Source: Rotaria socialis
Lineage: Eukaryota
Length of the DNA: 47,799 bases
Direction of reading: 5' to 3'
Assembly: GCA_905331295.1 (NCBI GenBank)
Contig: CAJNYD010000075.1
Span: 1-47,799, forward strand
Shown here: positions 11,436-24,319 of the stretch, piece after piece
Layout of the letters: each line of letters opens with the position of its first letter
Position numbering within the stretch: the first letter of the stretch is position 1
Position numbers and translations under genes: made by a program
The notes under the pieces: model-generated
What the model was told of the DNA's origin: nothing
What the model saw: the letters and a program-made list of their open reading frames with translations, nothing else
Database searches by the model: none

Positions 11436-12576
11436 AATGAAATATCATTAAAGCATTAGTTTGATCTTGAGTATGAAATTCAATTATTAGTGGATTCCAA
11501 ATTCCAAATATATTTTAAACAAATCGGTTTTGTCATGAAGTTGGGTTCAACATTAGTTATACTAAAGTTCAATAAACTCACCGATGAATCCAACTAAAGC
11601 CGAACGTCAAGTATTTATGACATTGGTACTAGTGAGAGCTAGACCTACAAACTGCAACTACAATTAAACATTAAACATTTATTCTCTAATTCTAATTTTT
11701 ATTTTATTTGTCTATCTTTTTCACACTCTATGATTTTAAAAACGTTGTTCTCTCTTTCGATTCTTATTCACTTATAAAAAATTGTTTAATATTGACTCCG
11801 AAAATTCTTTTTCGTAACATTTTGAATTATTTTTAATGTATAGTTCATCAGTATACTCATTTATCTGTAATTTTCTCTTTCGTCCTTTTACTATTATGCA
11901 GAGCCGTGAAGAGTGTTCTATCATTAAAATAAATAACACGAAACGCGTCGCCGAAATAAAATTCTGCATTTCTTTTAATTCAAGCACAATACAAAATTTA
12001 GTATATTTATTTTTGACTTTGATCGATTGCTGAAAAACAAGAGTTGGGAATAGCAGATTAATTTGGCTGCTTTGTTAAGAGATAGGTTAATCTGTTTTCT
12101 AATTGATAAAGTTGGCCTCTATCTTCCAGAACCACACTTTTCGCACGGTCAGTTTTATACAGGATGTTCAAGAGCAAAAGGAATCTAATGGTTTAAAAAT
12201 TCAAGTAAAAGATACCACTAGACAGGGGAAAACGGATAATGGGCAAACAGTAATGGATAATGTTGTTCATCGGGAGATTTTTTCGTGAATTCCATATGCC
12301 TAATGTTCTGAGTCTATAACTTTAGTATTTCCTTTTTTATTTAATAATTCAAATAGCAATCCAAAAGTTTTTATTAAACCAATTTTTTCTATAATATTAA
12401 AGTTCAGTTGTTCACATGGGCCTTTAATTTATAATTATAATTGATATAAAAATTTATCTGTGATCGTTGTGGCTGTTTCGACATAAAAGTGTTGGTTCGA
12501 ATTTTTTCATTTATTTTCGAAGTGATATTAAGCTTTCAGAGTTTCATTTATATTCGAAGTCGAATTAGGTAACTCA

Positions 12577-14094
12577 TCAATCCGATACCAGGCTATAAAT
12601 TTTTGTATTAGCACATTTAGGACATGCTTTACCACCACAATCTATGTCAGTTTCATCTTGATTCTTCACACCATCGCTGCAATTGGGTACTACAGAGCAG
12701 ATAAAGAACTACATAATATTTTATATGAAGAAAAATATACCTTGACAGGTTTTAGATTTGCACACTTCACTAACACAATCTGAGTCGGCTTTGCAGGTTT
12801 TTCCATTGGGACATTTTGAACATTTTTCACCACCACAATCTATATCAGTTTCATTACCATTCCTATAACCATCGGTACAAGTGGGAGCTAAAAAGAGAAA
12901 AAGTTAGGAAAAAATTCGATTCATAGGTAGACTAAAATTCTCATGGCATGTTCACCATTATGTATGAGTGTTCTGAAAAGTAATCCTGAAAGTCAACCTT
13001 TTCTCAAACTTATGTAGATGCGAAAAGAAAGATTGATATAGCGATTGTTAAGACGATTCAAGAAAACTTTTCTAGTGAACTTCATTTGAATTGTTTTTTT
13101 GCAAAAACGTGGAACTATTGTTTGAACGATTTATTTTTATTATTACATCGATTTCAATGGTTGAGTATTGTTCAAATCGACCTCCATATATTTAATTGCC
13201 AGCAACATTTTGAGATTTGGATATGGATATGCGAGTTGCATGTATGATGAAGGGCAATAGTCAATTCAAAATGCTTTCGTAAATTATCATCAAATCCCAA
13301 AGGATCCGTCCTACGAACTGTAATACATGGGACGAAGTTTAATCGAGACGTGCACTTGTATCCTTTCTCGAGTCGAATAGTCTGAATAAATGACTAAAAG
13401 CGTCACTTTTTAGTTTAAATCTAAACATTAGCACTTTTTGAGTATCATATGTCTTAAAATCGATTTCCGAATTCAATATTAATTGTACTCCATCTAAAGA
13501 TGATAGACAAAATCCGTTCGAAATTGATTTTGGTAGAAAATTGACACACGAGGGTAGAAATGAACAAAGAGAAGGACAGATAGCTTCGCTAGAAGAATTA
13601 AAAATAGTTTGTTTTATATGTCTAAATAAATTATGTCGCTGTATTATCGGTTGAGTCGGGAAAGTTATGAATAATTAAAATGTGGTAGGTGAAGATGATG
13701 ATTTTTGCTTGAACATCATCCTCACACCCATAACTATATTCACCCTCAACTTTGTAAAAGTTCTGCTCTTATGCAGTTAGCATACCTTTACATCTTTTCT
13801 TGTCGCAATTACCGCTCGAACACTGATCGTTATATCTGCAAGGGGCTCCATCATTACCGCTCTTCATATCCTTGCTGTGAATCACTGAAAATCGACCTAG
13901 CTGAAGATCATCATCCAGCTAGAAGAACACTACAGAAGTAACAAGAGAATATGTATATAGATGAAGGTAAAGACACAAACCATTTGGGCCACATTGTCGC
14001 TTTTGAAATCTTCCTGTGATGACATAGCCACATTCAAACAAAATACAAGAACACCAATGGTTAGCCACATCCACCTATCAACAAAGATTTTCAT
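12577..14094 (-). CDS. Small secreted Cys-rich repeat protein (CxDGxxNxxETDIDCGG repeats). Exons 14094-13981, 13918-13786, 12887-12741, 12689-12577; last repeat truncated
   Basis: Manual splicing gives MKIFVDRWMWLTIGVLVFCLNVAMS...GAPCRYNDQCSSGNCDKKRCK-APTCTDGYRNGNETDIDCGGEKCSKCPNGKTCKADSDCVSEVCKSKTCQ-VPNCSDGVKNQDETDIDCGGKACPKCANTKIYSLVSD*. All introns are GT-AG with compatible phases. Missed by the ORF track. Confidence 0.85.
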
Positions 14095-15208
14095 GAACTC
14101 TCTTTCATATCACTGATCTAATTCGGTAATTGAAGGTCACAATGATAAACTGGTATACTCTTGCAGCTACTAATGGCTACATGAAATATTCCACCAAAGT
14201 ATACAGCAGTGTTGAAGAAAACAAATAATCATTTATGATTGTTTTCATTCTCAATTTTTACTTAAAATATACATTTCATATGATGGTTTCAGCTTTTAAT
14301 GACTAAAAACTTCTATCAAAATATTTATTCCAACAATAAAGATTCTATTTTTTCCGATGACCAGTGTAGTAGTACAGGTAAATTTTTCTTATAGTATATG
14401 TTGCGATAAATCCTTCAATCTTGAGGATTGGTTGTGGGTAACAGTGAGAGATTACTATAAACTCTCGCTCACTAGTCAACATTCATCACATTCTTACATT
14501 CACGGTAGTAACCTTTGATAAAATTGTTACCTAAAAAAAGTATTTTTCAGCCTTATCGCAGCCTAGAATCTGCTGATGAAGTATTGTGAGATCGATATCG
14601 ACACTTAGTCATGACATATACACCTGAAATTTCCCAACTATTCTTATGTTAATGGCCGCCAACTCTAACTGAGAATAGGATCTCTGATATTCGTTTTGTT
14701 CATACAAATCTCATCCTAAAGAGCCGTTCCTATTTTTTCTCGTGTATCACTAATTTCAAACGATTACGGCCCTTTTTCTTAACTCAATTCGTAGAATGAA
14801 AAGAAAAATTTAGCTTTTAAACGAAGCTAGATAAAAACAGTAGACTTACCTTTTTACGTTTCCATGACGCCTTTGACGTATTTGCATTATAATACCCGCA
14901 AAATTCGAATTAATCGAAAAATCACACTGAATATTTCCTGGAAACAGATATATATGTGAATAGATATGAATATATACATGTAGCGATTGATGTAACAGAA
15001 AAACTATTGAGTTTAGATATGACAAATAATATCCGTGACATCAATTAATCTATAGTGCATCATTCTTTTACAATATCGCGATTTTTTGTGTCTCTCTACT
15101 TCGTCACGACAATTAAAAGTAGAGACATATGAAACTAGATATTAATTGTACAGAGAGGAACGCAAATCCTGATGGCTTGATTTTTTTCTCTACTCCTCTA
15201 GTAATCAT

Positions 15209-15410
15209 TAGGATGCGCCAGCTTCATCTCAAAGTTCAGCTCTTCGGAACGAATGAACTGTTCGAACGTTCTTTTTCATAGAAACTGAACTTTTTCAACA
15301 GCTCTTTTTCAAGAACTGGTTGGCGAGATAACCCTTGAAAATCATAGAGACCATCCTATCCCGTCAACAGTTCCTTCGTTCAGAGCAAAAAATGAACTGT
15401 TACATCCCTA
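15209..15410. mobile_element. Decayed hAT-like MITE
   Basis: Right end gaactgttacatcccta and decayed left end taggatg; flanking 8-mers gtaatcat / atagtcat match 6 of 8; internal gaac/gttc repeats. Confidence 0.55.
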
Positions 15411-16670
15411 ATAGTCATTTAATCGCGTGGGAAGTACAGTTCATAGTAAGAATATAATCGAAATATCTATCTATAGTGCTACTAAAAATATATTCCTTAG
15501 AGGAGAAAAAAATCTAAAGGAGTGAAAAATAATGTTGATCATACATACTGTTAAAACCTGATTAAAAGCGCATAGCGCGCGTTACTTTTATCTAACAGCC
15601 ACAGATGGCAATGTAAACCATACTAATTGGAAATCAGCACAACAAAAAGCGAATCCCTTCGCCAATTCGATACTAATTCCAATCGTTTGAAGGCCTTTCA
15701 CACTAATTTAAAACAATAATAACTATCAGTAATGCAAAAAGCCTACCAATAAAATGCATGCGACAGGTGGAAAAAAAGAAATATGATAGTGCTATGGTTC
15801 GATTTTATTTCAATTTTTCTAATATTAATTTAAAAAATAGAGTATATGAGCGCCATTAGAATGATTACTTCGTTTTCTTGATCATTTTAAAACGACAATA
15901 GAGACAACGAAAAAAGACTACCTTTTGTGTTTGAAAATTGAACTTATTGGAATATCACGTTGCTACTGCTAATTATCTTATTAATGCAGTTGTTTTTACG
16001 ACGAATCTGAATATGTGTTTTTTTTTAAACTTCCAATGAAACGAAATATTTTTTTAATTGAAAAATCATCAAACTCGAGGGTAAGGGTATGGGTATAATA
16101 ATTGAAGACAAGTGATTTGTATCGTAGAAACCATCTTATTTATTTAAACATGTCTTAACTGTATTGATAGAATGAGTAGATTTCATGTTTGCATGTGTCA
16201 TATTTGGTGAGAAGAATTTGTTTTTCATTTCAGAACCGCAAACTCTACGATATGAGACGTGACTTTTCACCTTGGCCGTCGGAGCAAAGAATATGTGAGG
16301 ACATCAAAGACGTTGTCTAGATTCCTAATCAAAAAATAGAAAGAGATTCATATAATTGATGTTCCAAACATTCTTTATCTGTCACTGAATTCTTACAATG
16401 TAGCTCCATTATTGGGATCCCGGAAAATATTTCTGTTATAAGTTTATGTTTTCCTGAAGATCTTTATTATTAATTCAATAAATTTCTTTCAAAAGCAGCT
16501 CTGTTAAATGTCAATTGTTCAGCTTTAGAAGATTTTATGGTACACTATTACATTGCAATACAATAGTCAATAACATCACTTCGCTGCAATAGTAGGCACT
16601 GCTATGGTGAAGTATCGTGATTCTCTCTCATTGTCATGCGTAGCATGATTTCTGCATTTGCAACATAGAA

Positions 16671-16730
16671 TTGAGGGTGTGGGCGTGTACCCTCACCTTT
16701 CAGTCCAATAGACACACCCACACCCTCGAG
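16671..16730. repeat. Telomere-like inverted-arm cassette (copy F), with the conserved TYGAG end on both arms
   Basis: ttgagggtgtgggcgtgt-accctcacctttcagtccaataga-cacacccacaccctcgag. Confidence 0.85.
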
Positions 16731-19358
16731 GTTAAGGTTAGAATTAAGGGTTAAGGATAGAAATAAGAGGCTAAATATGAAATCAACGGCTGGATATAGC
16801 ATTAGTGGCGAGTACTAGACTAATTGAGTGTGGCGGACTACATTTTACCACTCTAGAACCACTTTTGGAAGAAAAAGGAAAAGGTTCCAGCTAGAACCAG
16901 ATTTTGCTTGAGCTTTAAATGGTTCTGAAAATGGTACTCAAATCTAGAACCTTAAAAGATTCAGTATGGCACCTTTTTTCTGAGTATTCATAACGGAAAA
17001 CTAATTTGGCAATGTCGCATACCTGCGTGAGTCGGTTACTGATGTGTAGCTGTGGGAAACGTTTAACAGGTTCCAGAAGTATCGGAAACCTATAAAGGGT
17101 TTCATATAGTGACAAACCCGGAAACCTCTTATTCGTTTCTCAGAACACGGATTTTATTTCGAATGTATCCGATTTTTTAATAAACAAAAGACAAACAATG
17201 GTATCGGCCTTTAATAAAACTCACCTTTCAACGAATGATTTCATTAGCACTTCGTTTCGAATTGTTTTAAATCATTAGATTTCATGAAATACCTTGATTT
17301 TCTTTAACAATATTAATGAGTTCTAGTTGAAAGCAGCGAATACTATATATGAGTAGTCTTATTAACAAAACGCTGCATAATTTAAATGGTTAAATGGTTC
17401 ATTTTTTTGAACAAATATTTTTTTCTATTTCATGAGCATTACGATAGCCCACGTAAATTATAAAACATTCATTTATACGAAAAGTTTTAATTTTATCTAT
17501 GATAAGCCGTCAAAACGTGTGCGTTTTTTATTCAAAAATAAAACCAACATTGATATTGAAGAAAAAACCACAGAAAAATAGATGGCAATTTGAAAACTAA
17601 TTGATGATATAAAACTATTCTTTTTTTAATCTTTTGTTGCTGCCTTGTTTTGTTTGTTTTCGCTCTAAAATGAAACTAGAATAATTTCACTTTGCATATA
17701 TGATTCTTACTTTTAATAAATTCTTCTACATGCTCATATGTAATTGAGTTTAACAAAGTCATAAAATCTATATTGTCTAAAACTACAACAAATATTTTCG
17801 ATCACAGATTTGTTAAGAAGGAAGCAAAATTTTACTACCTTGTTTGTTGACGCAATCTTTCATGGCGTCTCGAATTTTACTCATTTGATCGTGAATTTTT
17901 GATTTCCTGAATAATCAAAATGAAACTATTTATGTTAAAGTGGAGACACAGATATAATTATTATATCATTTAAGAGCCATCAAAGAGTCATCAATCTTTC
18001 CATGTTGCTCGACAAACTGAATATTAGTAAGTACATCTAAAGAAGAAACCTGCATACTGATATATTAAAAAACTCTTACAGGTACCTTCCCAGTTTTTCA
18101 TCTCGTAAAAAATAGTTGCACGTTTTGAATAGTATTCAATCAGATGAGATGTATTAGTAGATGAATTAATTAGGTTTTTCAAAAACTAGAATTAATGTCC
18201 TAATAAGTCAAAGAGAAAAAATGTAAAATATACCTTTAATTTCTCGACATTTGGATAGTCGACATTTTCAAACACATAGTTGTATTGAGATAACATTGCG
18301 AAAGATAAATAGTTAATAACTAAGAATCGATGATATCAACTTAAATTTTTGCTGTCAGTTGTTTGTTGTGTTCGTCTTATATATATATTGAATAGAATCG
18401 AACTAAATAAAGAGAACAAAGGACAAGGAATCGAAGAATCAGTCTATAATGTGATTAATCAACCAATAACGACGAGTAGTTAGATGAAAATGAGAATAAC
18501 GAATCCTATTAATGGCATCTGATTTCATCCTTAGTATATCAAAAAAATCCACGGTACAAAATCGAAGTGAAGGCTGAAGGTATTGTTTCGAATTTTTTTT
18601 TCTTCGAAAAGATTCTGAAATAATTAGCTTTTTAAACATTCCATAGATAAAATTGAACATTGTCGAATTCTACGTTAATTATTGTGGAGATCACACATAT
18701 TTTTGAAAAAGCTGTTAGCGCAATCCCTGTGGGATCAGAATGTAAAACACGATGTAGTTGATTTTTCATAAATACGAAGATAATTGAGGTTGATACAGCC
18801 CATGTCCCAAAAATCGACTCACTTTTGACGATTAATCGGGATTTTTCAAAAATAAATATACTAGAATATTCTATGTAAATAAAAGTTTATTTTTTATTAT
18901 TTTTAACTACGATAGAATCAACTTGAATTGTTTTTATGCGATATTTTATAAATTAAATACATCACTATAAGAGAAACTATTTCAAGTTCTAAAAAAACTG
19001 TTGACTTCAGTTTTCAAAATAAAGCTCTCGTTGCATTTTGAACTATTTCAAGCAATTCTCCGTAAAATTCTGCATCTTTGAATGCATGTTTTCGAGTTTT
19101 GCAAGAAACATTTGGGAGACAGGTTTGTTCCGAATTAAATTCTACATCGGATCGGATCGGATGTGTATGTTTGTGTTTTTATGTGATTACTAGCGACACA
19201 TTTGTAAGAATCTATTGATTGGTGCAATCTGACTATTCCACAATTGATCAATATAATCTATCTTCATTTAACTTCATCACAACAACACGATCTTATTTGA
19301 ACTACTATTCCTATTTTTTTTTAGTATTTTGATTATTTGTAGCAAAACCAAAACAACA

Positions 19359-22300
19359 ATGGTTAAGACGAAAACAAAACCTAAAAAACGTCGTACATTT
19401 GCTACTGATAAACATAATTCAAAAACTCGTGTCGATACAGTAAATAAAGTCAATCCATTTGATCTTCATGTTAATCGTTTAAAACATGATGTACTCGGTA
19501 AAAAACGTAGCTATGAAAGAGGTGGTCAACCACTTAAATCTCGATCACGAGGAATAGAAAAAGTATTTAATCAATTTTTTTGTGTTGTTTTTAATATAAT
19601 TTTATTTCATAGAGAAAACGTACACTATTAAAAGAGTTAAATTCAGTATTTAAACGAAATACATTTATTGATCATCGTATTGGTGAAAATGATCCAACAT
19701 TAACAAATGATGAAAAACTAATGCAACGTTTAATTGCAGAGCGAACCGTTAGTCTAATTTGTCAAATTCTATTTTTAATTAATTAATATCTTTTTTTTTT
19801 CGAACAGAAAATGCGTCCTGGTAAAGAAAGTCGTTATAATTTAAATGACGAAGAAGATTTAACACATTATGGTCAATCACTTTCGAAATCCGATGAACTC
19901 AATCAAAAGCCAATTATTGATGATTATGATGATGATGATGATTTACATAAAGGTCGTTTGAATTCTGAACATTTTTTTGGTGGTTTTAAAGCTTCAATTG
20001 AACAACGTAAACCACAATCAAAACAAGAATGGATTGAAAGTATGATTAAAAGTACAAAATTAGATAAATATGAACGTCAACGTGAAAATGAAAAAATCTT
20101 CGATATGACACAAACGCTTGATGAACAATGGAAAGCATTAAGTACAATTATGGGTATTAAAGATAAAAAACCGAAAGAAACAAGAGAAACATCGGATGAT
20201 TATGATAAACTTGTGGCTTCATTAAGATTTGAAGCAAAAACAACCGTTCGTTATTAAATTACTCATTTTAAAAAAGAGATCTTAACTTTTTTGTTGTCTT
20301 TTTACTCGCAAGGGTGCACCAGTTAAAACTATTGAAGAAACAGAAAAAGAAACAGCAGAAAAATTAAAAACATTACAAGTAAATAAAATAACATAATCAA
20401 ATTTTCTATTTAATTGGTGAATCACAATAGGTTGAAGAAAGACAACGTATGGAACAACCAACATTGAAATCAATTTTAGCAAAAAATAAACCACAAAAGC
20501 ATATTTTTGTTGAAGAATTAGATGAAAGGTTGGAAAGATTTTTTTTATTTCTAAAAAAAATAAAGTTTGTCAAATAGTTATTATATCATGGATGGATCGA
20601 AAAAACGGGTGACATTTGATGATGATGAGGCTATGAACAATGAGCCTGTACCACCGATCGAGTCAGATGAAGTAGTACCACATGAAAATGATTCGATGGC
20701 AATGGATAATGGAGAAGGCGAAGAAGAAGAAGAAGAAGAAGAAATTGATCAAACAGTATGCTCTATCAAACTTTGAAATATTGAATTTCATCGTTTATTT
20801 TAGACAAATGGCGATTTAATTGCAGAATTCGAAGAAAGTATGTTATTTGAATTTTTCTCACTCTGAAAATAATCCAGTTTATATGCTTAACACTACAGTA
20901 GACTTTCCAAATCTTGAGCGACTAAGACAGATCTAAGAGGTTGAAATAGATTCTAGTAAAATTTTCTTAGTTTCACTCAAACTTGCCCATAACCATAAAA
21001 TGAAGCCGAACAGCTAGTTATCTTCGTTTGCCCTTCTAGAAATCTATACATTTGTACACATTGTATTTTTCATTCTAGTTCCATCAGATATTGAAAAACT
21101 TCAAACTCGTCTATCTGAAGATAAAAATGCATTGAGCACTATCTGGAAACGAATCAACGATAAACGATTACCGCCTATACCAAGATTAGTTTTAAGTGTA
21201 AGTTTGTGTTTTTTCTTTATGTGCTAAAATAAATGTCATTCATCATCTAGAACTATTTCGATGTTCTGCTGGATTATTATGAATCAGTTACATCAAATCA
21301 AACGTTGTTGAATCACATTGGTAAAAATCTTCTTCACCTAGTACAATTAGCTAATAATGAACAAACAAAAGGCAATATACAAAGTCGCTTAAGGCAATAT
21401 CATGATAATTTAAGTGAACAAATTGAAAATGGTAAATTTTGCGAAATAGATTCATCATTCGTACGTTATGTCACGGCTTCTGTCTTTTTCTCTCTAATGA
21501 AAATTTCCTATTATTTATTAGATTGTTTTTTTTAAATTAATCGCTCATCTCTATCCAACATCCGATTTTTGTCATCCAATAACAACACCAGCCATAACAT
21601 CACTTGTTCAAGCGATAAATCATGTATGAATTCTATTCGAAAGAATTAGGAAAATTTATTTTCTTCGTTTTTTGTTTTTTTAAAGAGTTCTCTAAAATCT
21701 CTTCATTCATGTCGACAAGCATTATTTTTAATTGGCTTAGTAAAACAAGTAAGACAAGATTCATAAGTAGAATTTACTTCTATAACAAATTTTTTCTTCA
21801 GTGGGTATCAAAAAGTCATCGCTACGTTCCAGAAGTCACTGTTTTATTAACAAAATTAATTCAACTTGCATGTCCAATTGAAAAATCTCAATATGTTATA
21901 ACCAGTTCATCGAAACAGATCAGCAATAATCAATTACTCGTTTTGAATAAGAATAGTGACTTGTAAGTTTCTAAAAATCTACGACTACTTGACCTTGTCT
22001 CATACGCCATGTGGTGGTACCCTTAACTTTCGAATTGATAGCTAAACACATTTCATCTTTTATTTTATTGAGATGCATATAAATGTCACCCGAAAAATGA
22101 TCTTAATTATTTCGATTTTGATCAAAACATTATGAAAATTTCTTTATAAACTTTCGATCTCATTACAATTATGAGTTCAGTTTATTTCCTAGATAATCAG
22201 CATTGATTTTATAGGAGCATTTTCATCATCATTAGAACACTTCAATGAAAAACTACATATTTATATTTTATATTATTTTTTAGATCAAATTCAAATGAAC

Positions 22301-23121
22301 CAACCGTTTTTGACACCGATGATCTCGATGATGATAATGATCAGCATCGGTAAGAAATAGGAGTCTCAAGGAACTAGACTTCATCATTCTATAATCTTTT
22401 AAATTGATTTAGTGCTTTAATTCTTCGAACTTGTCTCAATCATCTAAGTGATTTTCTTAAAACTTACGAATCACTTTCGGCTATTGTGGAAATCGCCCAA
22501 CCATTTAAATCTTTTCTTACGACGATTGCTGATACATCCAAATGCAGTCAAATATCGGTAGAAAACTTCTTATGTTTTAATTATAATTCAATTAAGATTT
22601 TATTTAGTCTCAATGCCGAGAGATTTTAACTTTAATTGATAAAATTCAAACAGAATGTCTTTCAAATCGTAAATATCTTGAACAAGGCAAAGAGCAAGCA
22701 AAAATGTTACGATTATTTGAACCTCGTTTTGGACCAGTGTATGTTGAAAACATTTTTTTTTCTTTTTTTGTTTATTGTTTTGATATTTCGGAAATAGATA
22801 CGAAGGTAAAAAGAATACCCGCTTACCGAAAGATTATGCTGAACGTCTTCGTCTTCGGCAAAAATATAAACGTGAAGTTAAATCCGTTTCTCGTGCACTT
22901 GTGCTTGATAATCAATTTATCTCACGTGAAGAACTTAAACAACAAATGGAAAAGTATGTTTTTCGAAAATTTATATTTTAAATTGTTTTCTCTAACCATC
23001 TGCTTTTTCTCTCTCTCTCTCTCTCCCTAGAGATGCTCATCGAAAACGCAAAGTCAAAGATATTCAAGCCGAAATATCCATGCAAGAAGGAGAATACCGA
23101 AAATTACAAAAAACCAAATAA
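19359..23121 (+). CDS. NOP14: Nucleolar protein 14 (SSU processome), multi-exon
   Basis: NPFDLHVNRLKHDVLG, SRSRGIEK|RKRTLLKE, FIDHRIGENDP, LTHYGQSL, DDYDKLV, PTSDFCHPITTPA, SHRYVPE, and C-terminal KYKRE...DNQFI...RKRKVKDIQAEISMQEGEYRKLQKTK*. Confidence 0.93.
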
Positions 23122-23234
23122 TTGTTATTGCTGTTATTGTTGTTTTTGTTTTTGTTTTCGAAATAGAAAAAATAACAGAATTAACATCTGCTTTTTTTTC
23201 ATGTTGTTATTTTTTTCTATTCTGAAATTTATAG

Positions 23235-24319
23235 ATGACCGATACCGATCGTTCTCAACCATTGAATGTACCTCGTGGTGGTCGTTCATCACGATATCGA
23301 ACACATAGTTCAGGAAGTTTATCATCTTCATTTGGCTCTCCTTCGGGTTTAACCAATATAAATAATAATAATGGTGGAACAACATTGGCACATAGCAAAA
23401 AAACAGCCGCGAGTTCTAGTGGAAATAATAATATTGGTTCACTATCAACCTCTATGAATAGTGGTAATAGCGGGGGTACATTGCCACAATTCGATGAGAA
23501 GCATGCAGCAGCTGGAAATATTTTTGAACATCGTCAAGATTGGTCAATACTTAATCGTTTACCATTACATAAACGAAATGCCATACATATTCGACTTGAA
23601 GATGAAGGTCCTTATGGAAATGATGAAACACGATGTTTTGTTTTATCTCAATTATCTATGGTTGGTTGCACAGACGTAACATGTACAGTTTGTGGTCAAT
23701 CGATGGTTGTCTATGATCGATACCCTCTTGTTGACGGGACACTATTCTTGAGGTAATTTTTTACCAAATGACACTGTCACGATGACATGACCAATATTAG
23801 ACAGTTGCAGAGGATTTTCGACCTCGCATTATATTAAAAATAACAGACTATTTTAGCCTTCCACTTTTTTTATTTTGTTTTGCTTTCTAGTCCTATTAAA
23901 CATAGCGAAAATGGTAAAGTTTCGATCGCTGTTTATCATAATGATCGGCAATTATATTTGCATGGCATATGTCTAGAATGCTTATCCATGCGTTCATTAC
24001 ATGTGCTCTGTCGTCTATGTAAGACGAAGTTCAATTTTGATCCAATTATTTTTGGTACACTCTATTATTATGGTATGTTGATTAATCTTTTGTTTATCTA
24101 TAATTGATTTTGTTTTCTCGCTTGTTAGATCTGTTTGCAGCATTTCCATGTTGTCAAGCGAGATTATCATGTTCTAAATGTTTTCAACCAATTGTTTCTA
24201 TAAAAGATGGTCTTATTAATTTTAGTAATTATTCATCCGAATTTGAATGCGGTCATTGTGGATCGAAAAGTCATCATTTTGTTAAATCATTTGATGAAAT
24301 ATTTGAAAAACGATTGTAA
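23235..24319 (+). CDS. HECA: Headcase protein homolog (HECA-like, mainly the C-terminal Cys-rich region). Exons 23235-23752, 23891-24072, 24129-24319
   Basis: GNIFEHRQDWS, IHIRLEDEGPYGNDETRCFVLSQL, CTVCGQSMVVYDRYPLVDGTLFLSP, GTLYYYDLFAAFPCCQARLSC, HHFVK. Confidence 0.92.

Noticed and set aside
14570..14640. Possible hammerhead ribozyme core (CTGATGA)
   Set aside because: No convincing stem II followed by GAAA, and no flanking stems.
22000..22030. TTAA-adjacent termini such as ggtacccttaa (similar at ~39420)
   Set aside because: Single short ends with no identifiable partner; insufficient to call an element.
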